NCBI GenBank assembly: GCA_046290225.1
Contig: JBKAGE010000037.1
Coordinates: forward strand, 32,001 to 96,000
DNA from: Bradymonadia bacterium
GTDB lineage: Bacteria; Myxococcota_A; Bradymonadia; UBA7976; UBA1532
Reading direction: 5' to 3'
Length of the DNA stretch: 64,000 nucleotides
In this document: positions 17,540 to 27,528 of the stretch, one piece after another
Numbering within the stretch: the stretch's first letter is position 1
Layout: each line of letters opens with the position of its first letter
Translations under genes and position numbers: made by a program
Notes under the pieces: generated by a model
Databases searched by the model: none
The model's input: only the letters and a program-made list of their open reading frames with translations
Told to the model about the DNA's origin: nothing

Positions 17540-20467
17540 TCAAGGCGCGTCGAGGAAACCCTCGAAACGCACATCACCTCCCTCAGACCACAACACGGGG
17601 AAGGGCATTTCATCAGGATTGTCGAGATCGACGAGTGCCACACCGGAGCCCAACCCAATCGGGGTGGCAATCGCGAGCCAGCGACCGTCCGAAGAGAGCC
17701 CCACGGGCCAGACCGAGCGACCATCGGCGGGTGTCAGCAGTTGGGGGGAGCCACCCTCTAGATCGAGGGCATAAACATCGAGTTCGGGCGCGCCCGCCAC
17801 AGCAAACAACCGGCTGCCTTCATCGCTGCGCAAGAGCGGCGTGGCGACAGTGGTTGCTTCAGGCAGATTCAGAGAGACCAGCTCCAGCCCATCATCGGTG
17901 AGCATCCCCACAGACTGCGCGCTCAACACCTCACTGTAGGCACCTCTGCGATCGAGGTCGGCGACGAGCACATGCTCTTCCGGGGTGATGTGCGTCCAGA
18001 GCGAGCGGGGGTGTGCGTCGTCCATGCGCTCACCGCTGAAGAGGCGCGTGGTGTCGTCGGTGTCGAGGCTATATGTGTGAAACGAAAGCTCACCATCTGC
18101 CTGGGGAGACATCAACACCATCTGGCCGGCGAGCACACCCTGGAACGCATATCCCTGAGCACCATCGAGCACGGCCGACTCCACTCCAGTCTCCAGATCG
18201 ACCACGTGGATGGGCCAGTACACTTCGTTGTCGTTGTTGGACCAGCGGCTGAAGACGAGCTGTGATTCGTCGAGAAAGCCCAGAGGCACATCGGTCGCCT
18301 CAGGGGAGGGCCCAGCGTGCTGCCACATGCGCCCTGTCCGCAGATCCATCACGTAGATGACCTGCCCACTCTCCACGGACTCGGCCCATGCCACCCGCCA
18401 ACCACTCGGCGAGGCCACATGCGAGTCATAGGGCAGCCGCTCGATCACATGCACGATGGGCGCACGGTCGTCGAAGTACCTCACCTCCACCCTGGTGGAT
18501 TCCATAAGGAACACACCCGAGCCATCAGGGAGCATCCGCATGGCCTGCCGGTAAGGTGTGGGCCCCACAGGGCCGAGCAACTGTCGCGCGTCGGTGTGGT
18601 GGTCCCACCGGATCAACTCGCCGTCCGTCTCTCGCCGGAACACCGTCTGGGCACCATCGGTGAGCACTCCGAAGCGCTCGGCGGAGACGGCGCCGGTGCC
18701 GTACCACCCATCCACGGCGCTGGCGAGATAGTTGGACGTGACCCCTTCTGTACCAGGGAGGTCACGTTGAACGCCGCCCTCGCTCACGACGAGGTGTGCT
18801 CTTTGATCGATGGACACCGGCATACCCAGGATCACCCCCTCGGCAGTGGCCATGCAAAAACCCAATCGCTCACCTGTCGGTGCATTGTTCGACCCAACTC
18901 GTTCCATGTTGCGTGGCTGGCGCCCTTCTATGACCGTCTTCGACGGCGCCGTGCCATCGAGAGGTACCCGGGTCAGCTCGAAGTGCTCCCCGTCTCTCGT
19001 GGGCGCCGAGAACCAGAACGCTCCGTCTTTCTCACTGAGGCCACAGAGCTGATGTTGGGAAGTTTGAGTCCGATCCGCGGGCACATCGACGATGGTGGTG
19101 GGCTCCGGCGCGTCGAGAGGCAACACAGACACAGCATTCCCTGCGCCGAACCAGAGCAGCCTCTGAGTCTCGGAGAGGTGCAGGATCGTGTCCGGGGAGT
19201 AATATGCCCCCATCGCCAGGATCGATGGCTCACCGAGGTCGTCCCGGGTCAGGTCGAACCGCACCACGTGCCGGTAACGCTCGATGGCGACCACAGCAGA
19301 GCCGTCATCGAAAAACGCCGCATCGTTCCATGGTCCCCTGGGCCTCAAGACGCGCATGGCCTCTTCTCCGAGGCTGAGCAGGAGAGCTTCTTCCTCACCA
19401 TAGACGATGGCCCACCCCGCCTCGGCGTCGACGCTGACACGGTGCACGCGCTCGGTCTCGAAAGGGATCTCCACAGTGGGCCGCATACCCTGAAGGTCGA
19501 CCACTACGGCATGCACGGCCGTCTCGATGTGCGTGGTGTACACCAGCCAGCGCCCCTGCATCGCCACGGTGTGGCGATGCATGTCGTGCGGTGGGCCGTC
19601 GAGTCGTCTGCCGGGACCATCGTCGAAGAGCGAAGCGACCCAGGGGCCCTCGTGATTCACCCACGCGATGTTCTGGCCATCGTGTGCCATCGTCCCATTG
19701 CCTGCCTGCCCTGCCAAAGGTCGCCGTACCACGTGATGACCCGCAGGATCGATCCGGAGCCAGGGGCCGGCCCCTACGAGCCATTGGCCATCTTCGAGGA
19801 CTTGCGACTTGCCGAAGCTGGTGTGCGGCACGTGGGCCCACAAGGGCTCTGGCGATCCGCCGAAGTCTACCTGGGTCAAAATGGGGTGAGGCATGTGGGG
19901 CACCTGGCGCCGGCCCACGATGCCGCCACCCTTCACGGTCCACCACTGCCCCTGTGGCGCCATCTGGCCTGGGGACACCGACATCACCCCATTGGCCGAA
20001 CTGACGTGTCTGATTTCGATGGGCTGCGAGCCGCCGTACGGCATCCGATGCGCCCAATGTGTCCCCACCACGTCGGGCAGCACACGGCCCCCCTCACACA
20101 CCCCTTCGACACATCGATCCCCCATGGTCTCCGGGTCGGAATCATCACAGGGCGTACCATCGACTCGGGGCCGCACGACACACTGCCCATCGATACACTG
20201 ACCCACCTGACATGGCGCATTTTCGAACTCAGGGCATGTGCAAGGGACCTCAGCGTCAGGCACCACAGCATCAACTTCGAGTGGAGGCCCAGCATCTGAG
20301 AGATCTGCATCTGTGAGCGCAGCATCAGGTGTGATGTCGGTGCCGACATCCGGTGACAACGCACCATCGGCGTTGTCGGGCTGGTCCGGCTCTCGGGTCC
20401 GCACATCGTCGCCGCAGCCCCACAAGGCCAACGATACGGCAAAGATCACTCGACTCGCCTTGCGCAT
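17540..20467 (-). CDS. Large lipoprotein with beta-propeller/TolB-like repeats
   Basis: LWGC lipobox, DA-rich linker, Cys-rich DGTPCDD motif, and repeated beta-blade units (SSDGRWLA). Confidence 0.65.
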   Translation of the reverse strand: MRKASRVIFAVSLALWGCGDDVRTREPDQPDNADGALSPDVGTDITPDAALTDADLSDAGPPLEVDAVVPDAEVPCTCPEFENAPCQVGQCIDGQCVVRPRVDGTPCDDSDPETMGDRCVEGVCEGGRVLPDVVGTHWAHRMPYGGSQPIEIRHVSSANGVMSVSPGQMAPQGQWWTVKGGGIVGRRQVPHMPHPILTQVDFGGSPEPLWAHVPHTSFGKSQVLEDGQWLVGAGPWLRIDPAGHHVVRRPLAGQAGNGTMAHDGQNIAWVNHEGPWVASLFDDGPGRRLDGPPHDMHRHTVAMQGRWLVYTTHIETAVHAVVVDLQGMRPTVEIPFETERVHRVSVDAEAGWAIVYGEEEALLLSLGEEAMRVLRPRGPWNDAAFFDDGSAVVAIERYRHVVRFDLTRDDLGEPSILAMGAYYSPDTILHLSETQRLLWFGAGNAVSVLPLDAPEPTTIVDVPADRTQTSQHQLCGLSEKDGAFWFSAPTRDGEHFELTRVPLDGTAPSKTVIEGRQPRNMERVGSNNAPTGERLGFCMATAEGVILGMPVSIDQRAHLVVSEGGVQRDLPGTEGVTSNYLASAVDGWYGTGAVSAERFGVLTDGAQTVFRRETDGELIRWDHHTDARQLLGPVGPTPYRQAMRMLPDGSGVFLMESTRVEVRYFDDRAPIVHVIERLPYDSHVASPSGWRVAWAESVESGQVIYVMDLRTGRMWQHAGPSPEATDVPLGFLDESQLVFSRWSNNDNEVYWPIHVVDLETGVESAVLDGAQGYAFQGVLAGQMVLMSPQADGELSFHTYSLDTDDTTRLFSGERMDDAHPRSLWTHITPEEHVLVADLDRRGAYSEVLSAQSVGMLTDDGLELVSLNLPEATTVATPLLRSDEGSRLFAVAGAPELDVYALDLEGGSPQLLTPADGRSVWPVGLSSDGRWLAIATPIGLGSGVALVDLDNPDEMPFPVLWSEGGDVRFEGFLDAP

Positions 20468-21013
20468 GCTCAATGCCCCCATCACATACATCTCTGGGTG
20501 TACGAGATGTGTGTATGCAGGCCTCCCAGCTCGAAACGCTCGGCCCGCCACATAGACTTATCGCAATCTACGCGTTCAGTGCAGCGCCGATGTGCGTGGG
20601 GCATACACGGAGGAAGAGCGGCCCGCTCACGAGACCCTCTGGGCTGCGCTCGACCACAGCATCTCTGCTGGGGGCCACTTCAGCGTCTGACAGCTCCAGG
20701 TGAACGTCTGTGACGAATACGCCGGCGTCCTGACCCGCATCTTCACCAAATGCCTGCACCTCAGAGCCGATGTTACGGGCGCGCTCAGCCTCACAGCCCA
20801 GCATGCTCCACACGGCCATCCACCACACAGACATCTTGAAATTGCGCACACCACACCCCCTGCCAATGCACATCAGCAGTGTGCGTATCAGGGTCAGGCA
20901 GCGCAATGCAGCGCTTGAAGCTCAATCTACAATTGAGAACAAAACAACACGAATCCGATACTTGCCTCAGGCTCGATGCCAGAGTGATGCGTAATTTGGC
21001 TCTGCGGTCACCC

Positions 21014-21029
21014 TGGCACCCTCCTTGCT
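21014..21029 (+). promoter_or_regulatory. Sigma54 promoter upstream of the alpha-2-macroglobulin gene
   Basis: TGGCAC-CCTCC-TTGCT, about 90 bp before the ATG. Confidence 0.8.
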
Positions 21030-21117
21030 GAACCTGAGGGCCGGAGTCCGCCCCCTACGTGGGGGCTCAGCGTAAACAGTCACTTCTGTTGTGCATCACA
21101 TCAAGGAGGCAGGACCC

Positions 21118-24100
21118 ATGCGTCCATCCATCTCTCGAGATGGCGACGGCCACGTACGCGCTCATCGGCGCGCCGTCGCCATCGCCCGTCGCTCGCCCAT
21201 CAGCGAAACCTCGGCACGGTGGGGTCTCGCGGGCCTGCTCGCTGTCGCCGCCATGGTCTCGGTCACCGCCGTCAGCGTCGCCCGGGCCGCCCCTGCTCAG
21301 GCAGAAGCCCGGCCGGTCACCGTCTACCACAACGGCTGCTACGCCCCACAATGCCCCGTGCGGTTCACCTTCAGCGCCCCCATGGTGAAGGTGCCCAAAA
21401 AGGGGAAGCTCGAGGGCACCGGCCCCGTGGAGATCAGCTTCAAGCCCGCCATCGCCGGCACCTACCACTGGCCCGACGATCGCAACCTCGTCTTCACCCC
21501 CGCGAAGGGGGCCATGAATCATGGCACCGAGGCCGAGATTCACATCACCCGGGCCATCCCGCTCAGCGGCCCCACTCAGCAACTCGCCAAAGCCTGGAAG
21601 GGCTGGGTCATGGCCCCGAACTATGCCGCCGCGGGCAAGGTGGCGTGGTGGCCCGTGAAGGACGGCCGGCCCCGGTTCGTGGCCTTCTTGAACGATCACA
21701 GCCGGCAGATCGGCAAGGGGCCGCTCTTCTTGCTCTACGATCAGCCCGTCGACCCGAGGGCCCTCAAGGGCATGATGAGCGCCCGTGACGAAGCGGGCCG
21801 GCCGCTGCCCATCAGCGTCACCCGCCCTCGGAGCATCAAGTCGGTGTGGTCCGAAGCGGGCGTCGACCTGAAGCACGTGGTGGCCCTCACGCTGCGACGG
21901 CGCCCCAAAGCGGAGAGCAAGGTGCACCTGTCGCTGCCCACGTGGGACAAAGACGGGCCCACCTTCAGCACCCCCACCCTCGAAGCGACCAGCGATTTCG
22001 AGGCCGAGGCCTTCAGCCTCGAAGGCGAAGACAACCCTGATCGCGTACCCCTCGGCGCCCGCCTCGAGCTGCGGTTCGATCGGCCCGTGCGCACCGAGGT
22101 CGTGCGCAAGCACCTGAAGATCACCCCCGAGCCCCGCTCGGTGGAGATGTGGTCCTGGGATCACACCGTGGTGGCCTACCTCAACATGGCCCCAGGCACC
22201 CGCTACACCGTGAAGCTGAAGAAGGGCATGCCCGATCTGCTGGGCAACCACCTGAAGACGTCGGAGACGATCTCGTTCCGCACCGCTGATCTGCCCCCTC
22301 GCCTCGTGGTCTCTCAGCAGGAGTTGCTGCTGGAGCCCGGCCTCGCCGAGGTGCATGTAGGTGCCCGGAACCTCGAAGGCCTCGTGGTCACCGCCCACAC
22401 CGTGGAATCACCGGAAGCCTTCATCGCTGGCCTGAAGCAGGGCTCAGCGGAGCAGTGTGGTGACTACCCTGGCGTCGACGCCGTGGGCCACCCCCTGAAG
22501 CTGCCCCGCACGCTCCATCGTGGCGCCCCCCTCAACGACGAGGGACAGGCAAAGTTGCCCCTCGGCGGCCTGAGCGGGCTCTACTGCCTGAACTTCACTG
22601 CGGGCACCCGAGGCACTGAAGCCAAGGCCCAGACCCCCAAGGGCGACGCCACCCTCACCCGGACCAGCCTGGTGCAGATCGCCGATCTCGCCGCCACGGT
22701 GAAGGTGGGCGAGGACGAGAGCCTCACCTGGCTCACGGGCCTGCGGGACGGCGCCCCCATCACCGGCGCTCAGGTGCAGCTCATCGACGCCGAGGGCAAC
22801 CTGCGGGCTGGTGGTTTCACCGACGCCCACGGTGTGGCGCGTCTGCCCACCCCCGGGGCCCTGGAGCAGGGTCGTCTGATGATGCCGATGTACCTGATGG
22901 CCCGTCACGACGGCGACTCGGTGCTCACCTTGCTCGACAACGAGCACCTGTCTCAGCCCTGGCAGTTCGGTTTGCCTGGCCCGGTGAGCGGTCACGAGCC
23001 CTTCGAGGCCGCGGCCTTCACCGAGCGCGGCGTATACCGCCCTGGTGAGACTGTGCATGCCCAGGTGGTGGCCCCCAAGCACAAAGTGTCTGCTGGCGAG
23101 AGCGCTCCCGAGGTGGATCTCACCGTGGTAGACGCCCGAGGCCGCACAGTGGCCGAGGAAAGCATCGAGCTCGACGGCTTTGGCGTCGGCGCCCTGGAGA
23201 TTCCGCTCAAGGCCACCGCCTCTACGGGGACCTACACCCTCAAGGTGGAGCACGCCGGCGAGCTGCTCACCCGGCGGTTCCTCGTGGAAGAGTACCGCGT
23301 GCCCACCTTCGAGGTGGGGGTGAGCGAGGCTGGCAAGAAGACCCCCTGGCGCCCCGGCGCCACGGTGAACGCCCGCATCAAGGCCAGCTACCTGCACGGC
23401 GGCAAGCTCGCCGGCCGCTCGGTGAAGTACACCGTCGATCGGGTGCCTGTGGCGGTGACCTCCAAGGCCTTCCCCAAGTTCACCTTCGGGGGCGATCCCG
23501 GCGCACGGTCGGTGAGTCTAAACCCTCGCGTCACCGAGGGAGAAGGTATGCTCGACGACGCCGGCGCCCTGAAGGTGGCCTTCCCCATCTCCCGCAACAA
23601 GAGCCCCAGCCCTCACCGCTACGTGCTCTGGGCCGAGGTCACCGACGTCGATCGTCAGGCCTACGCCGGCCGTCTGGGCAAGGTGGTGCACCCCACTGAT
23701 CTCTACCTGGGTACGCAGCGCCCCGCGGGCTACACGATCAAGGCCGGGCGCACCCTCGAGGTGCCTGTGGTGGCCGTCGATGCGAAGGGTCGCCCCCATG
23801 CTGGCATCCGGGCCAAGGTCTCCCTGGAGCAGGTGGAGTACCGCAGTGTGCGTCGGCTCACCCGCACCGGCGAGGTCCGCTGGGTGAACCACACCAAGGT
23901 GCGCACGGTGAAGACCTGCCGCCTGCGCACTGCCGAGACCGCCCGTCGCTGTGATCTGAAGGTGGCCAAAGCCGGCCGCTACCGCGTGCGCGTCACCGGC
24001 AAGGATCGCAAGGGCCGCCGCATCAGCACCGGCTACGAGATCACCGCCAGCGGCTACGAGCCCTCGACCTGGCCTCGCTTCGATCAGGACCAGATCACCG

Positions 24101-27027
24101 TGGTGAGCGACAAGGCGAGCTACCAGCCCGGCGACACGGCGAAGCTGGTGGTGGAGTCGCCCTTCGAGGCCGCCTGGGCCCTGGCCACCCTCGAGGGTGA
24201 CGGCGTGCGCTGGCACAAGGCCTTCCCCATCAAGGGCGACACCCCCTCCATCGAGATCCCCCTCGAAGGCATCGACGCCCCCGAGGTCTACGCCGGCGTC
24301 ACCCTGATCCGCGGTCGCGTGCACCGCCTCACCGACGGCGCGGGCCTCGAGACCGGTGGCCCCACCTTCAAGATCGGCTACGCCCGGCTGAAGGTGGATC
24401 CCGCTCATCAGCGCCTCGCGGTGCAGGTGACCCCCAACGCCACCACCACGGCCCCCGGCAGCGAGGCGGTGGTCGACCTCGAGATCAACGGCCCCGACGG
24501 CACGCCTTCGAACGGTCAGGCCGTGGTCATGGCCGTGGACGAGGCGGTGCTGGGCCTCACGGCGTACCGCACCCCGAACCCCGTGGCAGAGCTCTTCGCC
24601 CGACAGCCTCTCAACGTGCGCACCGGCGAAGGCCGTCTGGAGTTGCCTCAGGCCCGCATGCGTCGATACGCCATCTCCCCCGCGGGCGATGGTGGCGACG
24701 CAGGCAACGAGATGAAGGTGGATCCCACTCAGGACAACCTGCGCAACCTGTTCAAGACCACGGCCTTCCTCGACCCCCGGGTGAAGGTGATCAACGGCCG
24801 GGCTCGGGTGCGCTTCGATCTGCCCGACAACCTGACCACCTACCGCGTGATGGCGGTGGTGGTCGACGGCGAGGGCCGCACGGGCTCTGCAGAGAGCAAG
24901 ATCACCCTGCGCAAGCCCCTGATGGTGCAGGCGGTGGTACCCCGCTTCGTGTACCCCGACGATCGCCTCGCCGTAGAGGCCCTGGTCTACAACGCCACCG
25001 AGTCTGACGGTGAGGTGGCGGTGAGCGCCCGTTTCATCGGCATGACCCCGGTCCGTGGCGCAGTGCCGGCGAGCATCGAACGCAGCGGTCGGCCTGATCG
25101 CCTCGGTGTCGTGAAGTCCGAGAACACTGGCAGCTTCAGCTTCCCGGTGAAGGTGCAGGTGCCCGCCCCTGTGGACGGCCTGCTGACGCACCCCGAGGTG
25201 AAGATCGAGTTCACCGCTCGCATGGGCGATCTGGTGGATCGCGTGCAGGTGGCGGTGCCGGTCCTCGATCCCGGCTCGGCACGGGCCGAGGTAGCCAACG
25301 CCATGATCCAGGGCAAGGGGGCCGAGAGCATCGCCCTCACCCTGCCGGGGCAGCGCCGCCCGGGCACGGGTCAGATCGAACTGAACGTGAGCACCACCAG
25401 CCTCACCCGCCTCGCCGGCGCCGTGGAATACCTGATGGGCTACCCCAACGGCTGCATCGAGCAGACCACCAGCCGGGCCTACCCTCTGGTGATGCTCGAG
25501 GACCTGCTCCCCGAGATGGGCGTGAAGGTGGACCCGGTGAAGCTCAAGGAGTACGCCACCGCGGGTGTGAAGCGGCTGCTGAGCTTCCAGACCCCGGAGG
25601 GTGGCCTGAGCTACTGGCCTGGCAGCGACACCCCCCACGCCTTCGGCACGGCCTTCGGCCTCACGGCCCTCCTCGAGGCCAAGAAGCGTGGCTACGACGT
25701 GCCCGACGTGGCCCTGAGCCGTATGGCCGATTACCTGGAGCGCCAGCTGCGCAAGGGCACGATCTCCCAGGAGATGCCCCACGGCAGCATGGCCGACGCC
25801 GACACCCGAGCCCTCTTCGTGATGACCTTGGGCCGTCTGGGCCGCACCCAGGTGGAGTACATCCAGCGCCTCTGGCAGCAGAAAGAGGCCCTCACCCCCT
25901 TCGGCTTGTCATTCCTGGCCACTTCCGTGGTGGAGGCTCAGGCCAAGGGCGAGGACAAGGGCACCGGCGGCCTGCTGGACGAGATCCTGGTGGCCATCCA
26001 GGAGAAGGCCCAGCAAGATCCCGATGAGGCCTGGTACGGCGGCAAGGCGAAGAAGGGCTGGTCCTTCGACAGCAGCCTGCGCACCCACGCCTCGGCCCTG
26101 CTGGCCTTCTCCAGCGTGCCCGCCAGCGTGATGCAGCGCCCAGAAATGCAGGGCATGAGCGGCAAGCTGCTCAACGGCCTGCTCAACCGCCAGAAGTACG
26201 GCCTCTGGGGGAACACGCAGGAGAACGTCTTCGGCGTGATGGGCGTGGCCCGCTACGTGGGCGCTGGCAGCAAGCAGGCTGGCGACGGCGACGCCCCGAC
26301 CTTCAACCTGAAGATCGACGGTCAGCTGATCCCCGCCGACGCCCTGCAGATCGAGAAGCTCGGCGGCCGCACCCACCGAGTGGTGATGTCCGAGGCTCGC
26401 TTGTTGGAGATTCTGGACGAGGCGGGCAAGCCCGTGGGCGGCCAGAGCGGTGATCTGGCCCCGGCCTTCACCATCGAGAACCCCGGCGGCAAGCCCCTGA
26501 CCCTCACGGGCCGTGCGGACTACCGCGTGGAGTTGAAGCCTGAAGACAGCAAGCCCGTGGCCAAGGGCCTGGCGGTCCGCCGCAGCTACACCACCCTCGA
26601 CGGCCAGACCATCGCCGCGGGCGATGTGATCCCCCTGGGCAGCGTGGTCCGGGTCCGGGTGGAGGTGGACGCTGACGATCTCACTCACTACGTGGCCATC
26701 GACGACAAGCTGCCCGCAGGCCTGGAGCCGATGAACGCGGCCTTCGCCACGAGCGCCCCGACTCAGGTCTTCGGCTCTGGTGGGCCCGACGCCCGCATCA
26801 CCTCGGGACTGCGGGTGCTCAGCCACCACGAGATCCGCGACGAGCGGGTGGCCTTCTACGTGGACGAGATGCCCAAGGGGAAGTTCGCCTTCACGTACCT
26901 GGCCCGGGCGACGATGGCAGGTGCATTCCGCCGTCCGGCGGCCCGCGCCGAGGCGATGTACGATCCGGAGACGATCGGGTTGACGGCCATCGACACGGTC
27001 ATCGTGGCACCGAACGAAGAGGGGTGA
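21118..27027 (+). CDS. Bacterial alpha-2-macroglobulin (YfhM-like)
   Basis: About 1970 aa; FTERGVYRPGE, VEEYRVPTFEV, thioester motif YPNGCIEQ, IDDKLPAGLE and AEAMYDPE; followed by pbpC. Confidence 0.95.
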   Translation: MRPSISRDGDGHVRAHRRAVAIARRSPISETSARWGLAGLLAVAAMVSVTAVSVARAAPAQAEARPVTVYHNGCYAPQCPVRFTFSAPMVKVPKKGKLEGTGPVEISFKPAIAGTYHWPDDRNLVFTPAKGAMNHGTEAEIHITRAIPLSGPTQQLAKAWKGWVMAPNYAAAGKVAWWPVKDGRPRFVAFLNDHSRQIGKGPLFLLYDQPVDPRALKGMMSARDEAGRPLPISVTRPRSIKSVWSEAGVDLKHVVALTLRRRPKAESKVHLSLPTWDKDGPTFSTPTLEATSDFEAEAFSLEGEDNPDRVPLGARLELRFDRPVRTEVVRKHLKITPEPRSVEMWSWDHTVVAYLNMAPGTRYTVKLKKGMPDLLGNHLKTSETISFRTADLPPRLVVSQQELLLEPGLAEVHVGARNLEGLVVTAHTVESPEAFIAGLKQGSAEQCGDYPGVDAVGHPLKLPRTLHRGAPLNDEGQAKLPLGGLSGLYCLNFTAGTRGTEAKAQTPKGDATLTRTSLVQIADLAATVKVGEDESLTWLTGLRDGAPITGAQVQLIDAEGNLRAGGFTDAHGVARLPTPGALEQGRLMMPMYLMARHDGDSVLTLLDNEHLSQPWQFGLPGPVSGHEPFEAAAFTERGVYRPGETVHAQVVAPKHKVSAGESAPEVDLTVVDARGRTVAEESIELDGFGVGALEIPLKATASTGTYTLKVEHAGELLTRRFLVEEYRVPTFEVGVSEAGKKTPWRPGATVNARIKASYLHGGKLAGRSVKYTVDRVPVAVTSKAFPKFTFGGDPGARSVSLNPRVTEGEGMLDDAGALKVAFPISRNKSPSPHRYVLWAEVTDVDRQAYAGRLGKVVHPTDLYLGTQRPAGYTIKAGRTLEVPVVAVDAKGRPHAGIRAKVSLEQVEYRSVRRLTRTGEVRWVNHTKVRTVKTCRLRTAETARRCDLKVAKAGRYRVRVTGKDRKGRRISTGYEITASGYEPSTWPRFDQDQITVVSDKASYQPGDTAKLVVESPFEAAWALATLEGDGVRWHKAFPIKGDTPSIEIPLEGIDAPEVYAGVTLIRGRVHRLTDGAGLETGGPTFKIGYARLKVDPAHQRLAVQVTPNATTTAPGSEAVVDLEINGPDGTPSNGQAVVMAVDEAVLGLTAYRTPNPVAELFARQPLNVRTGEGRLELPQARMRRYAISPAGDGGDAGNEMKVDPTQDNLRNLFKTTAFLDPRVKVINGRARVRFDLPDNLTTYRVMAVVVDGEGRTGSAESKITLRKPLMVQAVVPRFVYPDDRLAVEALVYNATESDGEVAVSARFIGMTPVRGAVPASIERSGRPDRLGVVKSENTGSFSFPVKVQVPAPVDGLLTHPEVKIEFTARMGDLVDRVQVAVPVLDPGSARAEVANAMIQGKGAESIALTLPGQRRPGTGQIELNVSTTSLTRLAGAVEYLMGYPNGCIEQTTSRAYPLVMLEDLLPEMGVKVDPVKLKEYATAGVKRLLSFQTPEGGLSYWPGSDTPHAFGTAFGLTALLEAKKRGYDVPDVALSRMADYLERQLRKGTISQEMPHGSMADADTRALFVMTLGRLGRTQVEYIQRLWQQKEALTPFGLSFLATSVVEAQAKGEDKGTGGLLDEILVAIQEKAQQDPDEAWYGGKAKKGWSFDSSLRTHASALLAFSSVPASVMQRPEMQGMSGKLLNGLLNRQKYGLWGNTQENVFGVMGVARYVGAGSKQAGDGDAPTFNLKIDGQLIPADALQIEKLGGRTHRVVMSEARLLEILDEAGKPVGGQSGDLAPAFTIENPGGKPLTLTGRADYRVELKPEDSKPVAKGLAVRRSYTTLDGQTIAAGDVIPLGSVVRVRVEVDADDLTHYVAIDDKLPAGLEPMNAAFATSAPTQVFGSGGPDARITSGLRVLSHHEIRDERVAFYVDEMPKGKFAFTYLARATMAGAFRRPAARAEAMYDPETIGLTAIDTVIVAPNEEG

Positions 27028-27361
27028 GCTCCGGCTTCGCCGGTAAGAGAGTTTCGGGCACGGGCACGGGCACGGGCACGGGCACGAGTTGATACATATG
27101 TGGACCCGTGGCCTCGTATGACTCCGCTCGTAGGCTTGTGGTGATGGAGGCTCTGCTCGGCCCCATGCTCCCGTCAGTAGAAGCTCTGAGCTTCAGCCCC
27201 CCAAGACCTGAACTCTCAGGCCATTCCCATACGTATCTTCTCAGCTCCCATGACAACCTTCGCCCTGAATCCAGGAAGGGCCACGGGTCAGAGTATGTAT
27301 CAACTCGTGCCCGTGCCCGTGCCCGTGCCCGTGCCCGAAAAACTCTCTTTGCGAGCGGAGC
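27028..27361. repeat. MITE-like element with ~85-bp imperfect inverted arms, each carrying 5 x GGGCAC
   Basis: The left arm AAGAGAGTTTC(GGGCAC)5GAGTTGATACATA..GACCCGTGGCC is mirrored on the opposite strand at about 27278-27361. Confidence 0.85.
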
Positions 27362-27469
27362 GAGCCCCCCTTTGAAAGAGCCACCCAGAATTTTCTAAAT
27401 CCAATCATCAACTCTACAGATCAAAGACAACACACGACCCTTGCCCACCAAAAACAGCCACTCCAGCGC

Positions 27470-27485
27470 TGGCACTCTCTTTGCG
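27470..27485 (+). promoter_or_regulatory. Sigma54 promoter upstream of pbpC
   Basis: TGGCAC-TCTCT-TTGCG, about 44 bp before the ATG at 27529. Confidence 0.75.
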
Positions 27486-27528
27486 ATGACCCTCCACGAC
27501 TACACTCCATCGTGCAGAGGGCCCACCC

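Noticed and set aside
20568..20906. Short lipoprotein-like ORF (MLGC, DAG-rich)
   Set aside because: It resembles only the N-terminal stub of local lipoproteins. It may be a pseudogene fragment, but support is too weak to call.
15141..26829. Long antisense ORFs (15141-16595, 18317-20299, 23518-25782 and others)
   Set aside because: These are shadow frames opposite well-supported genes in high-GC DNA.
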